Shown here in pieces: positions 1 through 8,290 of a stretch of 64,000 bases of DNA (position 1 is its first letter; each line of letters starts with the position of its first letter). The translations under genes were made by a program, and so were the position numbers. Source of the stretch: Parcubacteria group bacterium (GTDB lineage Bacteria; Patescibacteriota; Patescibacteriia; UBA1558; GWA2-36-10); assembly GCA_003104935.1 (NCBI GenBank), contig PQAE01000002.1:3527-67526 (forward strand), written 5' to 3'. The notes beneath the pieces are model-generated. The model did no database searches and was not told the DNA's origin. It was given only the letters and a program-made list of their open reading frames with translations.

Positions 1-1
1 A

Positions 2-256
2 TACTTCTCTGTCCGCAAATTCCAGTACTTCCTCCGCCCGTAAATCAGTTAGGATAGCGTTTCCGATCACTCCTTGCGGTAAGGAGGAAAATTTGGTCAG
101 CAGATTCGCTCCGCAAGTGCTACAGGTAGCGTAAGTCAGAAAACCCATCTCGCTTTCATCCAAGACCTGGATCATAGACTGACGGTACTCCTGATTACAA
201 ACCGGACAGCTCCGAATCAGTCGTAGATTTAGTGAAGATGGAATATTGTTTAACAT
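2..256 (-). CDS. Partial ORF (N-terminal about 85 aa; continues beyond window start) with CPVC...CSTC zinc-ribbon-like cysteine pairs; function unknown
   Basis: Manual reverse-strand translation from ATG at 254-256 gives MLNNIPSSLNLRLIRSCPVCNQEYRQ...CSTCGANLL with no stop down to the window edge. It is not in the supplied ORF track because it is truncated. Confidence 0.3.
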   Translation of the reverse strand, partial: MLNNIPSSLNLRLIRSCPVCNQEYRQSMIQVLDESEMGFLTYATCSTCGANLLTKFSSLPQGVIGNAILTDLRAEEVLEFADREV

Positions 257-261
257 ATATT

Positions 262-657
262 TTATTTTTTGATATTAATTTTGATGCTTTTGCTCTTACT
301 GGATTCCTGTTTGGGCAAAACAATTTTTAGCATACCGTTTTCAAAATGAGCTTCGGCCTTATCGGCTTGCACGGAGGCCGGCAACATCAGGGAGCGGTGA
401 AAAGATCCTGTCCGCACTTCTTTGCGGTAATAATCTTTCTCATCCACCTCCGAGGCGCTTTGACGGCGACCCTCGACAGTCAGCACGTCTTCGTGGACAT
501 TGATATCCACATCCTCCGGCTTGATACCGGCTAAGGTTGCTTGGACAATAACACTGTCTTTATCTTCATAGACGTCGATGGCGGGCACAAAATTGCTCAG
601 GCCCTTTTCCAGACTGTCAAAAGTGTCTAAATATGGGTTCCAAGGTATAATTGACAT
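262..657 (-). CDS. hsp20: Small heat-shock protein, Hsp20/alpha-crystallin family
   Basis: The 131-aa protein has an alpha-crystallin domain signature (AIDVYEDKDSVIVQATLAGIKPEDVDINVHEDVLTVEGRR...GSFHRSLMLP...AHFENGMLKIVLPK). It sits immediately downstream of grpE. Confidence 0.85.
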   Translation of the reverse strand: MSIIPWNPYLDTFDSLEKGLSNFVPAIDVYEDKDSVIVQATLAGIKPEDVDINVHEDVLTVEGRRQSASEVDEKDYYRKEVRTGSFHRSLMLPASVQADKAEAHFENGMLKIVLPKQESSKSKSIKINIKK

Positions 658-661
658 ATAT

Positions 662-1180
662 TTATTGGTTAATATTATTAATAATTACTTTGGCCGGTCT
701 GATCACTACGTCACCATAGTGATATCCGGCTTGCTTTTCTTCTACTATTACTTGGTCTTTTTGCTTAGCGTCACTAATCATGCCTAATGACTCATGCCGA
801 TGTGGGTCAAAATAATGGCCGACCGTAGTTATTTTTTTGACGCCGTGATCAGCCAGAAAACCTTCCCAGAGCTTTAAGGTATGCTCCAATCCCACGACCC
901 ACGATTCTTTTTTTGCATTAGGCGGCACATGTTCCAAAGCAATCTGATAATTGTCAAAAATCGGTAAAAGTTCGGCGATAGTATCGGCTTGGATAAAATC
1001 TTTGAGCTGAGAGATCTTTTTATCCGTATCTTTTTCCAGATTGTGATAATCAGCCAGAGCTTTTTTCCAGCCCGCTAGATTATCCTCAACTTGCTGCTGT
1101 AAATGATTAATACGTTCTTCCGCTGATAATCCTTTGTCTTTTAGCGGATCGGGGTGTATTTGGTGTTTGTGATCGGACAT
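662..1180 (-). CDS. grpE: Nucleotide exchange factor GrpE
   Basis: The 172-aa protein has a coiled-coil N-terminus and the GrpE C-terminal core (ADFDNYRKR-like IADFDNY..., GLEHTLKLWEGFL, GHYFDPHRHESLG). Its ATG overlaps the hrcA stop codon (TAATG). Confidence 0.85.
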   Translation of the reverse strand: MSDHKHQIHPDPLKDKGLSAEERINHLQQQVEDNLAGWKKALADYHNLEKDTDKKISQLKDFIQADTIAELLPIFDNYQIALEHVPPNAKKESWVVGLEHTLKLWEGFLADHGVKKITTVGHYFDPHRHESLGMISDAKQKDQVIVEEKQAGYHYGDVVIRPAKVIINNINQ

Positions 1181-1842
1181 TATTTTGCGATATTAACTAT
1201 TTCATTAAATAAGCTGAGGATGCGTCCATAATCCATGCGCACCGGTCCCAGCACAGCCAGCAGATTTTTATCTCGACCGACAGAAGTCACTACTAAGGAA
1301 CAGTTTTGGCCCAGTCGGCTCTGCTCGGCAAAAAGTATGCGCGGACCGGCTAGCTCTTCATAAATATCGGCGATCGCCCGCTCTAGCGAATCAACTACTT
1401 GGCTCATGGATAGCATCATGCGGTGGTCCTCAAATTCGGGTTGAGAAAACAGATTAAATAATCCCGTAAAATACAAGTCATTGGGGGCAAAACCGACAAT
1501 AGAGGCCAGATTAGTCCGGTCCACTAAAATTTTAGCTAAAGAACGCAGATTATCATGGTAAGAATCCCGGATGATTTTTTGTTCGTGTACCGGCACGGGC
1601 CTCAGCTCCATCAGATTATCAATATAATATCTATAACCCTCGCTGGTCGGTACCCGACCGGCCGAAGTGTGCGGTTGAAAAATATAGCCTTCTCTTTCCA
1701 GCTCGGCCATCTCATTTCTGATCGTAGCCGGCGAAACATCAAAACCTTTGGCCCCGGCCAGGCTGGTAGAGCCCACGGGTAAAGCAGTTTTAGTATAAAT
1801 ATCAATAATAGATTTTAGCAATTTTCCGTGTCTTTCATCCAT
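1180..1842 (-). CDS. hrcA: Heat-inducible transcription repressor HrcA (short form)
   Basis: The N-terminal winged-helix region (ERHGKLLKSIIDIYTKTALPVGSTSLA...DVSPATIRNEMAELEREGYI) is typical of HrcA. The ORF track starts at a TTG at 1878. The in-frame ATG at 1840-1842 (MDERHGKLL...) leaves the CIRCE operator in the 5' leader and is the more likely start. Confidence 0.8.
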   Translation of the reverse strand: MDERHGKLLKSIIDIYTKTALPVGSTSLAGAKGFDVSPATIRNEMAELEREGYIFQPHTSAGRVPTSEGYRYYIDNLMELRPVPVHEQKIIRDSYHDNLRSLAKILVDRTNLASIVGFAPNDLYFTGLFNLFSQPEFEDHRMMLSMSQVVDSLERAIADIYEELAGPRILFAEQSRLGQNCSLVVTSVGRDKNLLAVLGPVRMDYGRILSLFNEIVNIAK

Positions 1843-1861
1843 AAATACATTATATATCAAA

Positions 1862-1888
1862 TTAGCACTCCCAGTCAAGGAGTGCTAA
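1862..1888 (-). promoter_or_regulatory. CIRCE operator (HrcA binding site), perfect inverted repeat TTAGCACTC-N9-GAGTGCTAA
   Basis: The sequence ttagcactc ccagtcaag gagtgctaa is an exact match to the CIRCE consensus, about 20 nt upstream of the proposed hrcA ATG. Confidence 0.85.
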
Positions 1889-1921
1889 AATCACGCAAAA
1901 TCCCATGTAATTTAAGGTTTA

Positions 1922-3163
1922 TTACTCTTTCCTCAAGGCCGTAATCGGATCCAGATTAGCGGCTTTGCGCGCCGGATATAGACCAAAGATGAGCCCCACA
2001 GTAACTGAAAATACTATCGCTAAAACTATACCATTTAGAGATAAAGCAAATGGCCAGTCAAAGGCATAATAATTTGCAATCAAATAAACCAGATAAGTGA
2101 CACCAATACCCAAAATTACCCCAATAGCACCGCCTAAAAAGGTCTTGATAACGGCTTCGGACAGAAACTGGGCCATGATGTCTTTTTTGGTGGCGCCCAC
2201 AGATTTACGCAAACCAATCTCAAAAGTACGCTCGGCCACCGAGGCATACATAATATTCATAATGCCTACTCCCCCGACAACTAGTGATATCGCCGCCAGA
2301 GCTACCAAGAGCAGGGTCACGGCGCCGATAATAGAATCTAAGATACCTTTGGCCTCTGCCATAGAAGCCACTTGAAAATCATCGCGGCTAGGGTCACTGA
2401 TACTATGGCGCTCCCTGAGCAATTGGCGGATAGCATCAACGGTTTCGGCTTCTTTGCTCGGATCAGACAATTGCGAGGTAATGGCCTGGACATAATCCAC
2501 ACCCATCATCAATTTTTGCACTGTCTGAATAGGAATAAAAACCAACTGATCCATATTAAAGAAAAAAACCGTGCCCCGCGGCTCCATCACGCCTACGACT
2601 TTAAAATTCATCTGTTTGATCTTGACGTTTTGGCCTACGGCATTGCTCTCGCCAAACAAATCTTGCTTTACTTTTGAACCCAGCACCACCACCCGATCCA
2701 GATTACTGTCCTCTTCCTTGGTAAAAAACCGCCCCTGACCTAGTTTGCCCTGATCTATATCAATATATTCCGGACTTACTCCGTAAATCATAGACTTACT
2801 TAGCTGTCCCTGCCAACTCAGCATATCCTGGGTAATCAGAGCTGTATAGGCCTCGCTGATATAAGGTAGTTTTAAGATCGCCTGACGGTCGCTTTCTTTC
2901 AAAGTAGTGATTACCACTCCTTGAGCTTGGGCAAACATTCCGCCGCTGGACTGCGGCACCCGGGGCTCGGTCTGAATAAAGTCCGAACCAAAGCTGGCCA
3001 CTTGGCCAAAAACCAATTTTTTCATACTGTCGCCGGAGGAGATAATGATGGTCACCGAGGCGATGCCGATAACTACTCCCAAAATAGTTAAAACCGTGCG
3101 GATGCGGTTCTTTTTTATCGCGGCTCGAGCTATAGCCAATGAATTTTTAATCAATTTATTCAT
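1922..3163 (-). CDS. ABC transporter permease, FtsX/MacB-type (paralog 2)
   Basis: The 413-aa protein has an N-terminal TM segment, a large extracytoplasmic domain and a C-terminal 3-TM FtsX-like bundle with a conserved GIMNIM...ERTFEIGLRKSVGA motif. It is a paralog of the upstream ORF. Confidence 0.8.
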   Translation of the reverse strand: MNKLIKNSLAIARAAIKKNRIRTVLTILGVVIGIASVTIIISSGDSMKKLVFGQVASFGSDFIQTEPRVPQSSGGMFAQAQGVVITTLKESDRQAILKLPYISEAYTALITQDMLSWQGQLSKSMIYGVSPEYIDIDQGKLGQGRFFTKEEDSNLDRVVVLGSKVKQDLFGESNAVGQNVKIKQMNFKVVGVMEPRGTVFFFNMDQLVFIPIQTVQKLMMGVDYVQAITSQLSDPSKEAETVDAIRQLLRERHSISDPSRDDFQVASMAEAKGILDSIIGAVTLLLVALAAISLVVGGVGIMNIMYASVAERTFEIGLRKSVGATKKDIMAQFLSEAVIKTFLGGAIGVILGIGVTYLVYLIANYYAFDWPFALSLNGIVLAIVFSVTVGLIFGLYPARKAANLDPITALRKE

Positions 3164-4397
3164 AGCGCAGAGCTTCTATCGGATTTAGATGCGCCGCCTG
3201 GCGAGCCGGATACCAACCAAAAACCAAGCCGACAATAATTGTAAAAGACAGAGATAATAAGACCGACGACAGGGAAATCACAAAATCCCATTGATACCCC
3301 AGGGCTTGCGCCACTACGGCCACTAAAAACGATATGACGATCCCGATGATAATACCGCCTACACCTCCCAGCAGGGTGACGGAGATAGTCTGCATGAGAA
3401 ATAAGGTATTGATATCGCTATTGGTCGCTCCTACGGCCTTGCGCAGACCGATTTCCTTGGTGCTTTCAGAGACTGAAACCAACATTATGTTCATAATTCC
3501 AATACCCCCGACAATTAATGATATGCCGGCCACCATAGCCAGAAAATAACTCAAGGCATTAGTGACGGTATCTAAAGTTTTCAAGGCCTCTTCCGTGGCC
3601 CGCACGGTAAAATCATCTTCCTTGGGATCGGTAATTTTATGCTGTTCCCGTAAAACTACTTCGATATCGGATACTACTTTTTGGATATCCGCTCCTTGGA
3701 CAACCCGGGCTCGGACGGCGCTGAGGTGATGGATGCCCAGCATTATTTTTTGGGCGGTTTCCAGCGGAATAAAAACCTGGGTATCCTGATTTTGAAAACC
3801 GGCCGTACCCCTCTCTTTCATCACTCCGATAACCTTAAAATTTTCTTTATTGATCTTGACGCTTTGGCCGATAGCTGACGAGCCGCTAAATAAATCTTTG
3901 GCTACGCTACTACCCAAAACTACCAGCCGGCTGACCTGCTGGTCTTCTTCATTGGTAAAAAAACGGCCATCAGTTAACTCTGCTTTAGTATCCACGTCCT
4001 GATAATCGCCTGTAGTTCCCAAAAAACTGGTATCAACGGTTTTTTCCCGCCAGGTAGCCGTGGCTGAACCACGGATATAGCCATTGACGGCGACGACTTC
4101 CGGGATATTATTTTTTATAGCCTGAGCATCGGCATTCACCAAAGTGGTGACATTAATACCCATCACTGCCGCCGGTGGGCCGTTGGGGTCGCTGGCTCCA
4201 GGCAGGACACCGACCAGATTAGAACCGATGCTGGATACCTGATTAACCACTAGACTCTTGGCTCCGGCGCCCACAGACATGATGATAATCACCGATGAAA
4301 TGCCGATGATGATGCCTAGACTAGTCAAAAACGAACGCATCTTGTTGCGTCGCATTGACTTGATAGTCAAAAAATAGGCCTGATGATCAAAAATCAT
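3156..4397 (-). CDS. ABC transporter permease, FtsX/MacB-type (paralog 1)
   Basis: The 413-aa protein has the same architecture, with GIGIMNIMLVSVSESTKEIGLRKAVGA. This is a tandem duplicate. Confidence 0.8.
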   Translation of the reverse strand: MIFDHQAYFLTIKSMRRNKMRSFLTSLGIIIGISSVIIIMSVGAGAKSLVVNQVSSIGSNLVGVLPGASDPNGPPAAVMGINVTTLVNADAQAIKNNIPEVVAVNGYIRGSATATWREKTVDTSFLGTTGDYQDVDTKAELTDGRFFTNEEDQQVSRLVVLGSSVAKDLFSGSSAIGQSVKINKENFKVIGVMKERGTAGFQNQDTQVFIPLETAQKIMLGIHHLSAVRARVVQGADIQKVVSDIEVVLREQHKITDPKEDDFTVRATEEALKTLDTVTNALSYFLAMVAGISLIVGGIGIMNIMLVSVSESTKEIGLRKAVGATNSDINTLFLMQTISVTLLGGVGGIIIGIVISFLVAVVAQALGYQWDFVISLSSVLLSLSFTIIVGLVFGWYPARQAAHLNPIEALRYE

Positions 4398-4398
4398 C

Positions 4399-5106
4399 TT
4401 ATTTTAGATCAATTACTTCTTCCGCTAGCACCACATCATGATTCACTTCATCGCTGGAAATCTCGCCGTCGGCGATACGAACGATGCGACGGGCATAGCG
4501 GGCTGTAGTAGATTCGTGAGTAACCAACACAATAGTGCGTCCCTGCCTATTTAAAGCCTGGAGGATAGACATGATTTGCTTGCCGGACTTGGAATCTAGG
4601 TTGCCGGTGGGCTCATCGGCAAAGATGATATCCGGTTCATTGACCAGTGCCCGGGCAATAGCCACGCGCTGTTTTTCACCGCCGGAAAGCTGGCTAGACA
4701 AAAAATCACGGCGGTGACTGAGGCCCACGTCGGCAATGGCCTTATCCACGGCTTTGAGATCCCCTGCTTCGTGAGAATACAATAAAGGCAGACGGACATT
4801 ATCCCAGACCGTAGTCTTGGGTAATAAATTAAAGCTTTGAAAAACAAAACCGACGCGCTTATTGCGCAACTGCGCCAGAGTATCGTCGTCCAGATTAGAA
4901 ACATCCTGGCCGTCAAAAATATATTTTCCCGAAGTAGGAGTATCCAAAAAGCCCAAAATATGCATCAGGGTGGACTTGCCCGAACCGGAGGGACCCATGA
5001 TAGCCACAAACTCCCCGCGCTCAATGCCAATATTAACACCCTTCAAAACTTTTGTGGCCACCTCCTCATTAACAAACTCTTTAGTCAAATTTTTTACGTC
5101 AATCAT
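4399..5106 (-). CDS. ABC transporter ATP-binding protein (MacB/LolD-like)
   Basis: It carries Walker A (GPSGSGKST), the ABC signature ([15 protein letters not shown]), Walker B ([12 protein letters not shown]) and an H-loop. Confidence 0.9.
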   Translation of the reverse strand: MIDVKNLTKEFVNEEVATKVLKGVNIGIERGEFVAIMGPSGSGKSTLMHILGFLDTPTSGKYIFDGQDVSNLDDDTLAQLRNKRVGFVFQSFNLLPKTTVWDNVRLPLLYSHEAGDLKAVDKAIADVGLSHRRDFLSSQLSGGEKQRVAIARALVNEPDIIFADEPTGNLDSKSGKQIMSILQALNRQGRTIVLVTHESTTARYARRIVRIADGEISSDEVNHDVVLAEEVIDLK

Positions 5107-5117
5107 GACCGCAATTA

Positions 5118-6779
5118 TTATTTTGTAGTATTGATATAAGTCACGACCGTATCGCCGGCTTTGATGCCGGATAGTACTTCAACATTGCCGTCATCACCGC
5201 GCAGACCGGTCTCCACCGGTTTTTCCACCAATTGACCGTTTTCTAAGAGCTGAACATATTTAACATTTTCCCGGTAAATCACCGCTCGGGAAGGCACGGT
5301 TAATACTCCTTGCCGGGAGTCGGTGTTGATCACTAAATTGGCGGTCATGCCGGCTTTAATCAGCTCGTTGTTTTCCGTAAAATTAACTTTGACTTTGTAG
5401 TAAATCACATTGTTGATATTGGTGGAGGCCGGATCGATAAACATCACCTGCCCCTGAAATTTTTGATCGCTGGAAAAGGCGTCCAAAGTTATCTCCACCG
5501 CCTGGCCGATTTTTACTTTGGCGATATCCGATTCCGGCACATCTACCTCTATCTCCTTGTCCGCCAAACCGATCATGGTGATTACCGGCTGAGCGGCCAT
5601 GGTCTGCTCCCCCATTTTATAATTTACGTCTGTAACCACACCGTCAAAAGGGGCGGTGATAACGGTTTTATTGTATTCGCTGAGATAACGGTCTAGCGCC
5701 GCCTGAGCCCGGCGGATCGTAGCCTGAGCCGAACTAATTTCAAAATCACGGGGCTTAGCAGTTTTCAAATCCAGTTTTGCCTGGACCAAATTTAAACTAG
5801 CTTGCTTGGCCTCAATATTATTTTGGGCATCTTTGATCTGTGTGCTATAAGACAGATTATAATTTTTCAGATTAGCCAGATCGGTTTGCATAGTGGTAAT
5901 AGCCGTACTGACTGCCGTGGCTTGAGTACTCAGACTAGTTTTAAATGCGCTGATCACTGCGGAAGTATAAACGCTATTATTAGGGAGCGCGCCGCTCATC
6001 AAAGTATAACTATTATTTATATTGGCTAGCACCTGCTCTAAATCCGTCCCTACTTTTTCGCCGGCCAAAGCTGTGTCGTCATAATTTTGAGATTGCTCCG
6101 CCCGCGCCACCGCCGCCGCGGCTTCAATATAATTATTCTTGGCGGCCGTGTAACCGCTACGTGTAGCCACCAACAAACTATTATCGGTAACTACTAAATA
6201 AGTTATGGCTTCATTATCTATCACGGCGTCATTGACAACATCCAAAGCATACTGAGCCGTAGCCAGTTTGTTGTTGGACGTATTCAGGGCGGTGGTAATC
6301 AGATTTTTCATATTCAGATCCCTGGTTTGTTCCAGAGCAGTCAGGTCATCCTGAGCCTGTTGATAAGCAATCTGTGCGGCCGCCAACTCCTGCCTGGTCA
6401 CCTCTATATCCTGTGTGCTGGCTCCGGCGATTAATTGATCATATTGGCTTTTAGCGATATCAACCGCCGCCCGAGCATCGCTGATTTGCGATCCCACGTC
6501 GGTGGAAACCAGAGCCGCCAGGAGCTGATTAGCTTTGACACTGTCCCCAGTTTTCACCGAGATTTTAGCTATCTTGCCCGGCAAATTAAAATTTAGATTA
6601 ACCTCGGCCGCCGAGGTCACCGATCCCGTTACCTCCACCGTCTGTTTCAGATCGCCTAGAACCGCCGTAGCCGTCACATAACTCGGTCCTTTTTTCTGGC
6701 CAAATTTCGCAAATAAACCCACGGCAATAAGCACGATGACGACCACCAGCCAAAACCATTTTTTTCTATAAAATTTCAT
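5118..6779 (-). CDS. HlyD/MacA-family membrane fusion (periplasmic adaptor) protein with a long coiled-coil
   Basis: The 553-aa protein has an N-terminal TM anchor, a biotinyl-lipoyl-like beta region and a roughly 250-aa Q/A/L-rich coiled-coil. The C-terminal beta-barrel domain ends LTVPSRAV...VETG. This matches the MFP component of MacAB/YknXYZ-type exporters. Confidence 0.75.
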   Translation of the reverse strand: MKFYRKKWFWLVVVIVLIAVGLFAKFGQKKGPSYVTATAVLGDLKQTVEVTGSVTSAAEVNLNFNLPGKIAKISVKTGDSVKANQLLAALVSTDVGSQISDARAAVDIAKSQYDQLIAGASTQDIEVTRQELAAAQIAYQQAQDDLTALEQTRDLNMKNLITTALNTSNNKLATAQYALDVVNDAVIDNEAITYLVVTDNSLLVATRSGYTAAKNNYIEAAAAVARAEQSQNYDDTALAGEKVGTDLEQVLANINNSYTLMSGALPNNSVYTSAVISAFKTSLSTQATAVSTAITTMQTDLANLKNYNLSYSTQIKDAQNNIEAKQASLNLVQAKLDLKTAKPRDFEISSAQATIRRAQAALDRYLSEYNKTVITAPFDGVVTDVNYKMGEQTMAAQPVITMIGLADKEIEVDVPESDIAKVKIGQAVEITLDAFSSDQKFQGQVMFIDPASTNINNVIYYKVKVNFTENNELIKAGMTANLVINTDSRQGVLTVPSRAVIYRENVKYVQLLENGQLVEKPVETGLRGDDGNVEVLSGIKAGDTVVTYINTTK

Positions 6780-6792
6780 ATATTCAAAATTA

Positions 6793-7059
6793 TTATTTCT
6801 TTTTATTTACCAACCGGGAGATGCTGGCCAACTGTTTGGTCACCTGTGAAGCCATCTTTTGAAAATTGGTCAACTTGGAGACCACTAGCATTTCGTGAGC
6901 GGCGCCAAAGACCAAAAGTTTTTCCCCTTTTTTAAGCTTTAGTTTATTGCGTGCCTCCACCGGAATGACCACCTGCCCCTTGTCGCCCAAAGTGGTACTG
7001 CCGTAAAACTCTTCGTTTTTGTGCAATATTTTTTTCATAATTTTTTTAAAATAAATCAA
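6793..7059 (-). CDS. AbrB/MazE/SpoVT-family DNA-binding protein
   Basis: The 88-aa protein has the motif TLGDKGQVVIPVEARNKLKLKKGEKL, characteristic of the SpoVT-AbrB swapped-hairpin domain. Confidence 0.6.
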   Translation of the reverse strand: MIYFKKIMKKILHKNEEFYGSTTLGDKGQVVIPVEARNKLKLKKGEKLLVFGAAHEMLVVSKLTNFQKMASQVTKQLASISRLVNKKK

Positions 7060-7110
7060 ACAAGTAGGAAAAGTAGGATATCAATATTATAGCAAACTGC
7101 CTGTCTTTCG

Positions 7111-7154
7111 TCAAACAAAAGTCGCCTGCTCTGCCTGCACGGCAAAGTGGCGAC
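7111..7154 (-). terminator. Rho-independent terminator downstream of the major pilin gene
   Basis: On the minus strand the sequence is GTCGCC-a-CTTTGCC-gtgca-GGCAGAG-ca-GGCGAC followed by TTTTGTTTG. That gives a GC-rich extended hairpin plus a T tract immediately after the pilin stop codon. Confidence 0.5.
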
Positions 7155-7183
7155 TGAATAGTGTCTAAATCAAAGTCTCGATT

Positions 7184-7693
7184 CTACCTAATCACTTTTA
7201 TCGCCGTACTGCCGTAGGTATTGCAGGCGCCGACGACCAAGAGTGGTGATGTAGTTTGTAGTTCATAGCCCATATAATAGCCGGTAGTAGTGGAAACAGC
7301 ACTACTTTTCTTAGGATCCGAGGGGATCCTTCCTAGATAACCACCGGTAACTAAGGGGTCTAACCAAATTTTATTAGAAGCCGCTAAAGTAGCTGTAGTG
7401 CTGGCGTCGCATATGAAACCGCCTGTTATAGCACTACCGGCATAATTATGAATCATACACGGCTCATTTTTTACCAGACAATCAGCGGAAGAAGTCGGCA
7501 AAGTGCCGTTATTATCAGCCACATAAGTAGACCAGGCATCGGCAATAGCGGTAACATCAGCCCAGCGTTGGGCGTCTTGGGCGTTGCCGACACGCTTGGC
7601 CGGATTGACCGCCACGAAAGTCGCCGCGGCCAGCAGAGCCACTATAGCAACCACTATAATCAGCTCCAGCAAAGTAAATCCCTTTTTAGACAT
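7184..7693 (-). CDS. Type IV pilin (prepilin with class III signal peptide), likely the major pilin
   Basis: The N-terminus MSKKGFTLLELIIVVAIVALLAAATFVAVNP has a G-F-T-L-L-E cleavage/methylation motif. It is the last gene before the terminator, with an AT-rich promoter-like spacer upstream. Confidence 0.85.
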   Translation of the reverse strand: MSKKGFTLLELIIVVAIVALLAAATFVAVNPAKRVGNAQDAQRWADVTAIADAWSTYVADNNGTLPTSSADCLVKNEPCMIHNYAGSAITGGFICDASTTATLAASNKIWLDPLVTGGYLGRIPSDPKKSSAVSTTTGYYMGYELQTTSPLLVVGACNTYGSTAIKVIR

Positions 7694-7741
7694 ATTATTT
7701 TTCTGAGTTTAATTATTAAGTATATATAAATTAAATAATTC

Positions 7742-8221
7742 CTAGCGTACGACCTTGATGGCCTGGCTGTTATAAGAGTCACAGGCACCGACAGTCAGCT
7801 TGCCTACAGAGTCATAGGCAAAGTAATAGCCGGTACTGGTGGTAATAGCGCTGGCAGACTTGGGATCATTTGGTATCTTACCGATGTAACCTTCATTAAC
7901 CAAGGGGTCAAGCCAAATTATATTATTTGTGGTGCTGGCAGTACAGGCATAGTCTGTGTCGGTGCCGCCATAATTAGCGATCATGCAGGTAGTATTGCCG
8001 GTCAGACAAGGAACCGAAGAAGTGGGCAACTCACTATTGTGATCACCGAGATAGGCCGACCAGGCATCGGCAATAGCGGTGATATCGGTCCAGCGCGTGG
8101 CATTTTGGGCATTACCCTGACGCTTGGCCGGGTTGACCGCCACGAAAGTCGCCGCCGCCAGCAGACCGATAATAGCTACTACGATTATTAATTCTAATAA
8201 GGTGAATCCTTTTCGAGACAT
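7742..8221 (-). CDS. Type IV pilin paralog
   Basis: MSRKGFTLLELIIVVAIIGLLAAATFVAVNP. The N-terminal roughly 60 aa and the C-terminal segment IWLDPLV..GY.G.IP.DPK...GYY...GAC..Y.S.AIKV.R are shared with the adjacent pilin, while the middle differs. Confidence 0.85.
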   Translation of the reverse strand: MSRKGFTLLELIIVVAIIGLLAAATFVAVNPAKRQGNAQNATRWTDITAIADAWSAYLGDHNSELPTSSVPCLTGNTTCMIANYGGTDTDYACTASTTNNIIWLDPLVNEGYIGKIPNDPKSASAITTSTGYYFAYDSVGKLTVGACDSYNSQAIKVVR

Positions 8222-8290
8222 ATAATTGCAGAAATAATTATAATAACGCTGTAATTATAGCACTTTGGAAGAACGACTACAAGTAGACTT

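Noticed and set aside
346-787. Plus-strand ORFs 346..534 and 578..787 overlapping hsp20/grpE
   Set aside because: They lie antisense to well-supported minus-strand genes, and they are short and low-complexity. These are typical shadow ORFs. The same applies to the many other 60-150-aa antisense ORFs in the track (for example 2097..2375, 3334..3549, 4535..5139, 14307..14672 and 30261..30719).
1876-1878. TTG start for hrcA as given by the ORF track
   Set aside because: It would place the CIRCE operator inside the coding sequence. The in-frame ATG at 1842 gives a canonical HrcA N-terminus, with CIRCE in the leader.
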